A DNA stretch of 64,000 bases from Lama guanicoe (taxonomy: Eukaryota). The stretch covers positions 3,768,084-3,832,083 of the forward strand of contig MU056050.1 of NCBI GenBank assembly GCA_013239625.1. Reading direction: 5' to 3'. Below, in pieces: positions 24,930-38,063 of the stretch (within the stretch, counting starts at the first letter, position 1; every line of letters begins with the position of its first letter). The translations under genes were made by a program, and so were the position numbers. The notes under the pieces were generated by a model. That model was not told the DNA's origin. It made no database searches and saw only the letters and a list, made by a program, of their open reading frames with translations.

Positions 24930-26599
24930 GTATTTTCAAATTACAATGACATTAATGAACAATACTTTAGAAGTCACAGTATATGAAAAATTGCTTAAAA
25001 GAAAATTCAAAATGTCATATGTAATAGTGATAATAATAATAACAACAATAATAATTATGTATATTAAGTCAGTAACATAACTCATTTTCAGTAATGGCCA
25101 CCATTTTAGTTATGGGAAGCAGTTGCCCTGAATTTGACCATTGCACTTAAAAAAAGTGAAATATACAGCTACTGTGAGCTAAGCTACATAATCAGATTAT
25201 CTTTCAAGTGCCGATTATTGTAGAATGTTTTCAAGAACATTGAATGAGGATATACTTGTTAAACTAAAAATGTGGAATTGACAGAATTAAAGCTCTTTGA
25301 TCTTTGAAGTTTCCAAAATCTCTCAAGCTTCTTGTACATGTAAAGGGGGGAAAAAAAAAGCCTGAGCAACAAGATAGCCTTTATTCTGGAATTCTTTAAA
25401 AAAAAAATCGTGTTGAAATGTTTCTTGTGTTAGTAAAATTTCATTTTTAAAAATGTTCTTTAATATTTTATGAAACTTGAAAAGTGGATACTGTTGGTCC
25501 AGAATCAAGTACATATTTAATAAAGACATTGTAGTTTTTAAATAGGAAGAGGCATTTGTGCTTACTCTTGCTCTCTTGTTCTCTACTTAATATAGGCACC
25601 AGGAAGGACAATATTCTCTCTTGAGGCTATAATTTCTTATGAGGATATTTCACCATATAGTTTCTTATATGTTAACAGGAGCCAGGTATTGATGAAGTTA
25701 TAGATGTGCATAATGAGTAGAGCATGACCTGGCAGTCATTTTTTTCTGCTAAATGCCTATGATACTGTACCTGCCATGAATATAAGGGAAAAAAATATAT
25801 AGCTATGTCTGGGTTGAAGCAGGCCTTTAAGTATGTACCGTGGGTTTAATTTAGCTTGAATTTCTGATTTGCAGAGATATGAAAGCATCTCTTGGTGACA
25901 TTGATAGTATTTTGAAAAACATATATTTGTTGCACTATCCAGATTGTTAAAAACACCCTTGGTCAAACCTTAAATACAGTACAAATCTTTAACTTCAAGT
26001 GGAGGAGAGTAGCAAAACTGTGTATCTTAGGAAATAATTTGCATCTCTTTTATTTCTTTAAAAGTCAGAGAAGTTTGATGACCAGAGAATTAAAATTTAA
26101 CATAGCTGTTTTTTTTTTTAATCACATTTTCCTCAGGCCTTTTCTCAGAAAAACAAATGATCTCAACATGTTAAAACTACACTATTTATTTCCAGAATGA
26201 TTTTCATAATTAATTCCTAATTTAAATTTATCTCATGATCTCTAAATCTTTGCAAATGCACACCTTTCAGTATACAGTTTAAGGAAGAATATGAAAGACC
26301 TAAGGGCTAAATTTTCTAATGTGTTGTATATTTGTGTCAAATAGTAATTTACATGAACAACCAAGTTAGCTAAAATGTATAGGAATAATATACATGTATA
26401 ATTAATATATAAATAAATAATACTCTAACATCAGGCATATCTGTAGGATAGAATTTTTAAGGTGGTTCCACTCCATAATGAAAATGCCATTCTAGTTTTG
26501 AAACTTCATCCATGTTCCATAAATCTTTGCATCGTAGTCTGGTTTTGTCTACTTCTATAGATTTATTACGTACATACTTTCTATGCTTTTGCCATACTG

Positions 26600-27160
26600 T
26601 TGTTTTTTCAGACTCTTGCTTACTTTTGCCAGAGGGTGGGGAACATTATTCTCTCCCTTTTTTACTTGGTTAACTCCTATTTATTCTTCAGATCATGACT
26701 CAGTTATCCTTCTATCAGTGAAGCCTTCCTGAGCTTCCTGTCCAGGTTAAATCCTATTACCTCATTTTTTTCATAGCACTTATTCAGAGCTGAAAAATTT
26801 CCGTTTTTAAAATAATTTTCTATATGTCCTTATCTTCCTTACTATTCTCATGTGTACCATGCCATAGAGATTGTGGTGGATTATGTGCATACAGTATACT
26901 GCCTCACACATAGTAGGTGTTTTATATATATTATTGAATGAATGGATTAAACTTGAAGCTAAATGTCCATACTAAGTTCACTTCCCTGCCAATTCTCATG
27001 GACATTTTGTGTTCTCCAGCAGATTACACAAATCTCTGAGTGCTAGAATTGTGTAATATTCAGTTTTTTTTTTAAACTCTCACAGTGCCAAGCATGGTAC
27101 ATTATATATAGAAGCTATTTGATAAAAGTTTATTACATGTCAAGATGGTGTGAATAAGTA
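26600..27160 (+). mobile_element. L2 3' end fragments (two tails)
   Basis: 'aactcctatttattcttcagatc...gaagccttcctga...cacatagtaggtg...ttgaatgaatg'; second decayed tail at about 27030-27160. Confidence 0.7.
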
Positions 27161-27372
27161 AAAGTTGTATGGCTTAAAGTTTATATATTTAACTCACTTC
27201 ATATCATTTAGAGATGAAAATCAAGAAAAATAATCTTTATACTAATTTTTACCCCCTTTTTATTTATTTCCGGTGTCCCCTTGTTTAATATAAAAATAAC
27301 TGTCAATGGAGTGCTAAGTAAGGGTAAGTAAAAAGAAATTCTCATGATTTCATATTTTCTCAGATAAGAGTA

Positions 27373-27425
27373 GTCTGTCTGTCTGTCTGTCTATCCATCT
27401 ATCCATCCACCCATCCATCCATCCC
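27373..27425. repeat. Compound microsatellite (GTCT)n(ATCY)n
   Basis: gtctgtctgtctgtctgtctatccatctatccatccacccatccatccatcc. Confidence 0.9.
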
Positions 27426-28179
27426 TATAACTTACTTTTGAAGAAGGCACAATCAGCAGCTGTCTAGGGGGAATGTGTGCAAGGGGACTTCAAAAATACC
27501 TAAATACAATATTGTGCTCCCTCTCTAGTATGGCCGCAGTATCTAAGATTCTCAAAGTAATTTCTCATTTCATTGGGTAGCCAAAGACTTCTGTTAATGG
27601 GATATCAATTTTGTTATATGAAGTTACTACACTAAGCGGTAGTGGTCATTTATCCTTGATTTGGGTTAGTGTAACAATAAGCCAACGAAGGAGTAAGTTT
27701 TGATGAAGGCAAAGAGATTGGCTAGCATGTGACTAATTGCACACTTTTCAGGATGTAGCATGGTTTAGAGAATGAAAGACAGAGAAGGCAGAGGCAATAA
27801 CTAGGAAGCATTTGGCTGGAGGAGAAACAATGAAAGGGAGAAGTATAAGCACAAAATTTGGAACTATGAGCTAAGGAATTAGAATTCTAGTTCTGTAATG
27901 TCCTAAATCTATGACTTTAGGAGAGTTAAATTTAAGTTTCTTAAAATCAATTTATTCAATATTGAATGTTGTACAAACACATTTAAAATTATTTCTGTTA
28001 TGTAGCAAGTGCAGTAAGTGTCAAGTTAACCTGAAAAAAATTTCATCTGTTTTACAATTTATCAAATGCATTAGTTATTCCTAGATCGGTTCAAGATAAT
28101 GTTGGGCAGCAACATTTCTTAGCTAATTTTAACCCTGACTAGGCTCATTGGACAGTATTTCAAATATGCAAAAAATAGT

Positions 28180-29200
28180 CAAGAATCTTTGAGTGCTTAC
28201 TGTGTACCTCATATAAGGTACTGTGAAAAGAATGAGACAAGGTTCCTCCCTATGAGGAACTTAATGTGTACTTGATGGGCATGGAGAAATAATTCACATT
28301 TATTTATTCAACAACATTTATTTACTGAGTTCTTTAATTATACCAAGCATAATTTAAGTAGTAGGGACACCAGTATGAGACAAATCAGACAGTGTAAATT
28401 TAAAGTGTAAATTTTATGGAGAAAGCAGATACTGTATTAAAAAATAAATATGTAACAGCCAAGTGGAGATATGTAGTATGAAGAAAAATTGAACAGGGAA
28501 ATGGAAATAGAGAGTGACAATGGAGTGATTTTATATAAGGTGGTCAAAGACTGCTTCAGTGTTAAGAAAGAATTTGAGCTGACATCTGAAGAAGTGAGCA
28601 AGTAAGCCATATGAATATCTAGGGGCAAAGAAGTCACACAGAGAGAAAAACAGTACAAGTGTCCTAAAAGCGGGTACATGCTTGGCATATTCAAGGAACA
28701 ACAAGGAAATTATTGTGGGTGGAATGAAATAAAACAAGGATGAGTGGTAAGAAATGTGGTCAGAATGGTAGCAGAAGGGCAAGGTCATATAGAGTCTTAT
28801 TTAAGTTATTTTATAAACCTGAGACCATCAGGGTTCATTAGGTGTTGAACACATAATCCAACATATATTTTATAAGCATCACTTTGGCTGCTGTGTGTAG
28901 AATAAACTGATGGTGGAGCTAGGGTGGAAGCAGCTACCAGTTGAGAAGCTATTAATTAGTCCAAACAAGAGAATGATGGCGACTTGGACTACGGTAGTTA
29001 ACATTAAGTAGTGAGAAGAGTTAGTTTATAAATATACTAAAATTACAAACTTCATTTGTTGTTGGACTGCCTATGGGATCTGACAGAGTCAAAGATGACT
29101 TTGAGGTTTGCCATTGGGGGTGGGGGTACATCAGATATTTGGATTTACATATACTGTTTGTGATGCTTATCAGGCATCCAAACAGTGATATTTGGATGGC
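28180..29200 (-). mobile_element. L2 (L2a-like) 3' region
   Basis: 'tattcaacaacatttatt...tttgagctgacatctgaag...atgcttggcatattcaaggaac...atcactttggctgctgtgtgtagaat...atggcgacttggact...gagtcaaagatgact'. Confidence 0.85.
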
Positions 29201-30080
29201 AAATAAGCACATGAAAAATTCTCAACATTATTATCAGGGGAATGTACACTAATGCCACAAGATTTTACCATATCATCCCTAGAATAGTTAAAATTAAAAC
29301 CAATGATAATATAAAGTTATAGCAAAAATATACAGCAGTTGGGACACTGGTATATTGTTTGTAGGAGTTTAAAATGGTACAACTACTTTGGAAAATAGTT
29401 TGCCAATTTTCTATAACTTAGACATATATTTATCTTATGACCCAGCATTATGGCTCTTAGATATTTACCCAAGAGAGATGAAAACATATGTCCACAAAAG
29501 ACCTATGTACCAATATTCATAACAGCATTTTTCATAACAGCTAAAAAATGAGAAATACTCAAACATCCATCAATGGTTAAACAAATTGTGGTATATCCAG
29601 AGAATACAGTATTATTCAATATTAAAGAAAATGAATTTCTGTTGCACACAACAGCATGGAAGAATCTTAAAATTATTATGCTGAGACATTAAGGAATACG
29701 TATTGCATGATCCCATTTGTATGAAACTAAAACAGGCAATACTAAATTATAATGATAGGAAGCAGATCAGTGGTCCACCATCCTGCTTTATCTGGCACTG
29801 AGAGGTTTCCCAGAATGCAGGAATTCTAGTGCAAAACCCAGGACAGTCCCTGGAAAATGAGAACAGGTGGTCAACTTTTAGGGGTGATTTGACTACAATG
29901 ACTGAGTGGAAAGGAGCCCACAGGAACCTTCTGGGGTTGAACAGAATGTTTTAGCTGTGTGTTGTGGTGGTGGTAACATGGATATGTTCATTTGTCAAAG
30001 TCCATCAAAATACATACTTAATTGTGAGCATCTTATTGGATATGAAGTGTATGTCAGTGAAGCTTGTTAAAAATAAATAC
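29193..30080 (+). mobile_element. L1ME-type ORF2 end plus 3' UTR
   Basis: 'ggatggcaaataagcacatgaaaa...aaatggtacaactactttggaaaatagtttg...tatttacccaagagagatgaaaacatatgtccacaaaagac'. Confidence 0.88.
29770..29880. mobile_element. MER81-like hAT-Blackjack MITE inside the L1 3' UTR
   Basis: 'accatcctgctttatctggcactgagaggtttcccagaatgcaggaattctagtgcaaaacccaggacagtccc...ggtca' matches the recalled MER81 consensus with CpG decay. Confidence 0.7.
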
Positions 30081-31242
30081 AATCGTTTAGTGGTAAGTTA
30101 TATAAAGTATAACTTTTAAAGCACATGCACTTGTATCTTCATTGTTTTTTGTCTCAAAAGAAGTGGTTAAATAAATACTACTGTATGACTGTTCCTGAAG
30201 TGACCCTGATGCTAGACACTTACAAAATCACAAGATTTCTGTTAATTTAAACCCCTGAATGATTGTTGGGGGTCCCATAGAGGCTTAGATTGACTGAATA
30301 CCATTAATGCATTTTATCATGTTGATGATAAAACCATATCTAGCCCATATTTTAAAATTTGTCTGGATAAATTAAAAATTGTTTATAGAGTGTAACAAAA
30401 GGTAATCAAACATGAAATATTACTGAGATATGATCACACTGTATTTATAAATATATTTCAAATTGAGTACTCTGGAAAGGTAAATTCAGACCATTGAGGA
30501 AAGCTAAATTATCAGGAGGATTTCCCCCTTCATATTAAAATAATGTAAGTGTAACCAGAGTTAACCCTGGATAACTCATGATGAATAATGTAGGCAAATG
30601 CAAATGACAAATTATCCACTAAAGTTAGATTTTTTTTTGGCTAATGACAGGGAAGGAAGTTGAAATAAAGTCAGCTATGCTGTGTCCTCCTTTCATTTAC
30701 CTTATTTACATTAACGCCTGTATTTCTGATTTTGTTTTGCACAAAATATGTTAATGCTAGTGTTCTGAAAGTAGAAGCACTGTGATCTAGTGTGAACAAA
30801 CTATCTCCCTAGTAGCCCCTTATTTCTGCATCAAGTCAGGTGCAGTTACGAGTTAAGTTAGATTTAATTTTATGCCCTTCTGGTCACGTCATTTTGAACC
30901 ATATTTACTTACTCTGCATAACCTGTCATCATTTACCTTGCAGTTAGGGTTATAACCCTAAGGTTTAAGGCCTTCTGTTTATGCCCTGTAAACATATCTC
31001 TGCCCAACCCCTCAACCTGTCTGTCTTCTCTATGGAAATGAGAATAATATAATCTAGCATTTATGGTTGCCATGGGGATTGAACAAATACGCTAATTTGG
31101 AAGCACCTGCTACATAATTACCTGTGAGTTTCTTTATCCCTCCTCCCTTTCTGGACGTATATGCCTCTGTCACATAAAACTATATCTCTAAATCTGTATA
31201 TCTGCAACTTTATCTATATATGAAGCATTGCTCTTTTGAATG

Positions 31243-31500
31243 GGACATTATAATGTGATAGTTAAGAACATAGACTCTAGGACCAGACTCAATTAAAATT
31301 CCACTCAGTCATCTACTAGCAGCGTGACCTTTGGCAAATCTCTTTTAAGTTTTCTGTTCTATAGTTTCCTCATTTCAAAAGTGAATGTAATAGTAACACC
31401 TACACAGAAGATTTTGTGACTGTTATATGTTGTTATATGCAGAGCATTTAGAATAGTACCTGGCACATGGTAAGCTTAAATTATAGAAGCATTGGCTATT
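31243..31500 (+). mobile_element. MIR SINE, near full length
   Basis: 'gttaagaacatagactctagg...ctagcagcgtgacctttggcaa...agtttcctcatt...agcatttagaatagtacctggcacatggtaag'. Confidence 0.85.
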
Positions 31501-32815
31501 GTCCCTAGAATGTAAGCTTCATGAGGGTCAGGTTTTTATCTCTTTTGTTCATTGCTGTATTCTTCTATTCCTCGCCTAAGGGTATACTCTATTTTTCCTG
31601 ATTTCTGCCAAGAAATTCTGTTCCAGAATTATTCCAGCTGCCTCCTCAATATCTCTCATTGGATATCTCATAGGCATTTCATACTTATCATGGCCAAAAT
31701 ACCACTCTTACTGTCCCCTAGCCTCTTCCTGCCTTGATACTCCTTGTTTTAGTAAATAGCACCACAATTCACTTAGTTGCTCAACCAAAAACTGGTAGTT
31801 ATCCTTGATTTCTCTCTTTCCTTTATACATTATTTTTATCAGGAAGTCATGTCAGCTGTAACTTTAAAATATATCCCAAATCCAGTTAATTCTCACCTTC
31901 ACTTCTCTTATCCTGGTCTAAACCACCATCATCTCTCATGGACTGTAGCATTGTAACATAGCAAACGTTTCTACTTCCTCTTTTGGCCTCCTACAGGGTA
32001 ATCTTTTCTTTAGAGTAAAATCAGGTTGCATCACACCTTTGCTCAAATTTGCCAGTGAGTTCTAGTCACATTTAAGATAAAATCCACTCTTGTTTTCACA
32101 GACTTTAAGGCTGAACCTGATCTGGTTCCTGGAGAGTACTCAAGCCTCATATGTGACTACTCTTTCCCATGTTCGTTCCTCATTGGCCACAGTGTCTTCT
32201 TGTCCTTCCTCAAGCAAAGTTCATTTGCATCTAATGGTATTTGCATTTGCTATTTCCTATCCCTAGAATGCTGCTCCCCAAGACCATCATATAGCTCACT
32301 TTATTCCTTCATTTAAGTTTCTACATAAAATGTAGAAAGGCCTCAGAGAGACTTTCTTTTCATTCCTATCTACAATACCCCACCTCTAAACAATATATTG
32401 TATATGGTAGGAGAAGTAAAAACATGGATTTCAAAGGTGTTGATAATTTTCTGTTATTTAAACTTAGTGGTAGATATGCAAGTATTCATTTTTTATATAT
32501 ATATATAAGCATACATATGTATATATATTTATAACTTTGTATGTAAGAAATATTTCATAATAAAGTTAAAATAAATAAAATAGTCCCGTAACTATTTCCA
32601 TTTACCATGTTTTATTTTTATTAAAAACAATGATCACTATTTAAAATGATGTCTCCTTGTACTTTATTATGTGTGGTCTGTCTCCCACACCAGAATGTGT
32701 GTTTCATGAAGACAGGGGTGTTTTTTGTTATTATTAGTGCTATATCCTAATGACTATCACATTGCCTGACAAATGGGCAGGAGCCCAACAAATATTTGTC
32801 GACTGGATCAAGTAA
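31500..32815 (+). mobile_element. L2a 3' region, interrupted by an L1 tail at about 32395-32580
   Basis: 'ttccagctgcctcctcaatatctctcattggatatctcataggcatttc...agttgctcaaccaaaa...accaccatcatctctcatggact...ccctagaatgct'. Confidence 0.85.
32395..32582 (+). mobile_element. Old L1M 3' end inside L2
   Basis: 'ttcaaaggtgttgataattttctgttatttaaacttagtggtag...aaatatttcataataaag' followed by an A-rich tail. Confidence 0.7.
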
Positions 32816-32984
32816 TATAGCCCTTGAAAGGGATTTGGTGAGAAATTCTGAGATTTTAAAATATCCTCTACCATTTAAAATCTGTAGTAGACACTTGGTT
32901 GTCTCCCGAGATTTATTACTCTTTTCTCCAATTCTAACAGCCCAGAATTTTTTACTAATCATACAGCTTGGTTGGATTAACCTC

Positions 32985-33200
32985 ATTTCATGTTCTGTGG
33001 ATAGGCTTTAATTGGTATAAGTCATATATTCTACTCACAAGCTAGTGTGATTTGTTCAAGGATAGGAACGTGACATTAGTTATGACCATCAGGGCAACTA
33101 AGTCTAAATTCGCAGATGTATAATTGATCTATATGAGAAGCAAACTCTTTCTTACTAATTAGGATAAAGGTAACACGTGCCTGAAGCTTCTGGCATGAAA
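32985..33200 (+). mobile_element. Old MaLR LTR fragment (MLT1K/L-like), tentative
   Basis: 'attggtataagtca...gatttgttcaaggataggaacgtgac' resembles an MLT1 interior. Confidence 0.4.
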
Positions 33201-36200
33201 GAAACTGCACATATTTAAAGTATACAATTTTAAAAGTTCTGACATATGTATATAGTTATGAAACCATCATAACAATCAAGAGATATATCTATATAAAGTA
33301 TTCATCACCCACAAAAGTTCCCTTGTGCCCCTTGCTAATTCCTTCCTCATGTTCTCAAGCATCCACTGATCTACTTTCTGTCCCTATAGATTACTTTGCA
33401 TTTCTAAAATTTTAGATAAATGAACTCATATGGTATGTACTCTTTTATCTGACTTTTTCCACTCAGCATTATTATTTGAGCCTCATCCTTGTATTTGCAT
33501 GCATCAAGAGCTCATTTCTTTTATTTCTGAGTAGCATTCCTTTGTACACATATATGGCAATTTCTTTATCTTTTTTCTTGCTGATTGATACTTGGTTTGT
33601 TTCTATGTTTGAGACTACCACAAATAAAACTGCTAGTAACATTCATATACAAGTCTTTGTATGGATATATGTTCTAATTTTTCTTGGGTAAATACCTAGG
33701 ATTGAAACAGATCAGTCACATTGTATACGTATGTTTAACTTTTTAAAAAACTGTTTTCCAAAGCTCCTGTGAAAGTTACATTACCACCAGCAGTGTATGA
33801 GAGTTCCATTGCTCTCCATCCTAATAATGTTTAGCATATTTTCCTGTGCTTATGTACCATACAGATATCTTCTTTAGTGAAGTATCTGTTCAAATATTTT
33901 TGTCCATTTTACTCATTACATTGTTTATTTTCTTAGTATTGAGCTCTGAGAGTTCTTTATATATTCTAGACACAAGTCTTTTATTTTTGCAAATATTTTC
34001 TGCCAATCTGTGGCTTTTCATTACATTCTCTTAACATCATCTCTAAAAGAATGTGAAATTTTAGATTTTCATGAAGTCCAATTTATCATTTTTTCTTTTA
34101 TGAATGGTTTTGAGACTCATATTACAAAACATTTTTCCAACCCAATAATACTGAGATTTTATTTAATGTTTTATTCTAGAAATTATATTTTGTGGTTTTA
34201 CATTTGGTCTGTGATTCATTTTCAAATAATTATTGTATGTAGTGTAATATATGAATCAAAATTTAGTTTTTTCATTGTGGTATACAATTATTCCAGCACA
34301 ATTTATTGAAATGATTATCCTCTTTCCATGAATTGACTTTGCACCATTGTCAAAATCACTAGTCCATATATGTGTGGATACTTCTCTGGATTATATTCCA
34401 TCACATTTATCTATTATGATGCCAATACCACAGCACTTTAATTGCAATAGACTTAAATTAAATTAAAAAGTATGAGCCCTCCAACTTTGTTCTTTTTCAA
34501 AGTTGTTTGGCTATTCTAGGTTGTTTGCATTTTCCATATAAATGTTTAGAATCAGCTTGTCAGTGTCTTCAAATAATGCCTACTGCTATTTTGGTAGGGA
34601 ATATGTTGAACTTAAAGATGAATTTTGGGAGAATTGACATTATAGTAATATTGAACCTTCTGACTCATGACCAATGCGTGTGTCTACATTTATTTAGATC
34701 TTCGTTAATTCCTTTCAGTAGCGTTTTCCAGTTTTTCCAGTTTAGATGTCCTGTACACCTTTTCCCCCTGAGGTATTGCTAAGTATTTATTATTTTTCGG
34801 TGCTATTGTAAGTAGCACTTTAAAAATATTTCAATTTCCCAATATTTGTTGCTAGTATACAGAAATGCCATTGCTTTCTGTATAATTGGTTTTATATCCT
34901 GCCACATTGGTAAACTCATTTATTAGTTCTAGTATCCTTCTGTAGAGTCCATAAAAATTTCTAAATATGTAATCATGTTGACTGCAAATAGACAGATTGA
35001 TTTGTTTCCAAAATGATGCCTTCAACTTTTTTTTCTCAATTGCCCTGGCTAAAGTGAAATTTTGAGAAGTCATGAGAGTAGACATGCATGTCTTGATCCT
35101 GATATTAAAATGTAATCATTCCATCATTTACAATTAAGTATAATATTAGCTCTAAAGTTTTCATATGTATTCTTTATCAGGATGAAGACGTTCTCTCCTA
35201 TTCCTAATTTTCTGAGAATTTATAAAGAAATGGATGCTGAATTCTGCCAAATCTGTTTACTGTATCTATTGAAATGATCATATGGCTTTTCTTATATAAT
35301 TTTATAATATGATATATTACAATAATTAATTTTTGAATGTTAAAATAACCTAAGATAAGCCTCATTTGGTCATAAGGTATCATCCTTTTTATATGTTGTT
35401 GATTTGTTTTGCAAAAATTTTGTTAAAATTTTTTGCATCTATGTTTCTGATGGATATTAGTTGGGAGTTTTCTTGTAATCTCTTTATCTGGTTTGGATAT
35501 CAAGGTAATGTTCCCTGTATATCATGATTTGAGAAGTATTTCCTACTTTTCAAGTTTCTGGGAGAATTTTTGTAAAGTCAGTATTATTTATTCCTTAAAT
35601 GGTTGGTAGAATTCATCAGTGAAACCATCTGGTCCTAGTGTTTTCTTTGTGGGAAAGTTTTTAGTTATAAATTCAATTTAAAAAATAGATTGGACTATTC
35701 AGGTTACTTATTTGTTCTTGAGTGCGTTTTGGTAGTTTCCATCTTTCAAAGAATTTGTCCATCTAATCTAAATTTTCAAATTTACTGGCATAAAAGTGTT
35801 CATGAATTTCCCTTACTGTACTTTTTAATGCCTCTAGAGTTTTACTGATGTAACTTTTCTCATTCCTAGTATTGAAAGATTGCTGTTCTCTCTCTTTTTT
35901 TAATCTTCTCATCAATCTACTTATAAGTTGATCAATTTTGTTTCTCTTAAAAAACAGAATTTTGACTTTCTCTTTCTTTTCCTGTGTTCTCTTTCATTGT
36001 TTTCTGCTGTGTTCTTCATTGTTCCTTCTGTTTACTTTTAAGTACTCTTACTTTTCTTGTTTCTTTTGGTGGAAGCTAAATTAATTAATATGAGATTTCT
36101 TCTTTTCTAATGTAGCTGCTTAGTCCTACAGATTTTTGCCTAAGTACTGCTTTTGTACCATTGTAAAGTTTTTGATATGTTTTCACGTTCATTCATTTTA
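33200..36200 (-). mobile_element. L1M (L1MC/ME-type) ORF2 plus 3' UTR, about 3 kb
   Basis: T-rich reverse L1 motifs 'cttgggtaaatacctagg', 'ccaactttgttctttttcaa', 'ggtagaattcatcagtgaaaccatctggtcct'. Confidence 0.92.
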
Positions 36201-36869
36201 TTCATTAATTATTTTAGCTTAGCACTTTTAAGAACTTTATTTCTTTTACAATGGAGTTTGTTCTTTTTGAGGCATACTGTTGCCTGCAAAATTACTCTAA
36301 TTGCATTGTTTATTCTTTAAAATTTTTATTCCATTTTTCCAATAAATTTTATTGCCTGAGGGTTACTTTTTAAAATTTGGTGATTCTTCATTTCTCTTTG
36401 TACATTGTATTGAAACTATTTAGAACTCGCAACCTACTTAGCCTAAAAGTGAACACTGGATCAACTGTTTAAGAATACAGGGTTTGGTTTAGAAGTCTGT
36501 CTCAGGTGACTGAGGCAAGTGGCTTGGACATTTAGTTAGTTGTACAAAGTGTATCCATAGGTTGTTTAAGTTGAGACATTTCCTTTTTTTTCCCTAGAGA
36601 ATTCCCTTGCTTCACCAAGCCCATCATCCATTTTTGGAATCTCTTGAGTCAGAACTATAATTTCACACATTCTTTAACAGAACTGTATCCTAGAATCAGG
36701 TGTTTCTTTTGTTTCTTATTCCTCTTTTCAGATTATGTCAGGCTCCATTCTGCTTCTCTATTAGATTAATTACTCATGCCAGAAGCCCTTTATTTAAAAT
36801 GTAGCCTGATGTTTCTTTATAAATATAGCTAACTGAATATATCTTTATCTTTTCTTCCCTCCTGTGATC

Positions 36870-37660
36870 TAACCAGAATGATAGTGAAGAAATTTTTTAA
36901 AAGTTTTAAAGTTACAAGGACAAAAGGGGAGATGATGAAAACAGACAAAATGGCTAATATAGTTTTGGAAGATGGAAAATGGATTGGCAAGTGGTAATTG
37001 GTAGGTTTCTATTTTCTCTACTGTAAGTGCTTGCAAAAGTGGGAGTGTTGGGGGACACAACATGAATTTCCACTCTTGAAGCCTCAGAAAATCCAAGAAT
37101 TGGTGGCATCAGGTAACTTTCAAGGCAAGAGGAAAATGGGACTAAAAACAGATGTAGTTAAAAATTATATATGGAATGCTTAAATTCCAGATCCCCTTTC
37201 CAGACCAGCTTAAGGGTGAGTGTCAGACCATCACTTCTTGTTGGAAAAGAATTTTAGTATTAGGTAAAATTGAACAAGTGAGGCTTTGTCCTAGAAAACA
37301 CCAGGCCCAGCAGACAGGAATGACACCTTAGTTAAAAGAGAGATCTTATGAAATCCTACATAACTAATTCTAAGATCCATCGCTGCCTCCCACTTATTCC
37401 CCAGGCACTGGAGGTCCAGTGAATATAACTCACCCCTATCAGAATAGCTGGGTAGACTATTCCTTTGAGAACTCTGACTAGCCTTTGAAAAACTTGCAGA
37501 TGTTAAAACTTTGGAGTAACCATATGACATTATTAATCCCCACACAATCACTCATTGAAAGATCCACCTTCATATATTAAGTTTCCAGTCAGCTTTTTCA
37601 CGCCCATTTTGTTTTTAAATATGACTGAAGAAACATTAAATTTTGGAAGTAAGCTTTCAT
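36870..37660 (+). mobile_element. Possible old L1M 5' region fragment
   Basis: Weak similarity ('ttttggaagatggaaa', 'caccaggcccagcagac', 'aagtttccagtcagcttttt'). Confidence 0.4.
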
Positions 37661-37661
37661 C

Positions 37662-38063
37662 TGTTAAAAAAAAAGTAACAAAATGCAACTGAGTAAATTT
37701 GAAAATCTAATTGGTTTTATTCAACTGTTCATGAGTTGGGCAGCATCCCATCTAGCAACTAGAAAGGAGCTGTGAGGAGCTGTACAAAATGGGAGGCTTT
37801 TATAGCCAGAAGTGGGTGGGAAAAGGAAGTTTCTAACAGAGAGTGGATTATTTCAGGCAAGGTCACCTTCCTTTAGGGGAAAGCAGTGGAGTATATTTTG
37901 TACATTCCCTCACTAGTGCTGATCAGGTAATTCCAGACTGACTGGTTAAAGGTCACATTCCTGGGAGAGGCTGCATATGCAATTACCTTAGATAATAAGT
38001 TTTGGTTTGCTGTCATAGGGCAGGTGACTTCATTTTGGGCTTGTTGTTCCTTTTTTAAAAACA
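37662..38063 (-). mobile_element. ERV1-class solo LTR
   Basis: TGTTAA...AAACA ends; reverse poly(A) signal TTTATT at 37716 and reverse TATA TTTTATA at 37798; flanks catc / tgtc consistent with a 4-bp TSD CGTC. Confidence 0.8.
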
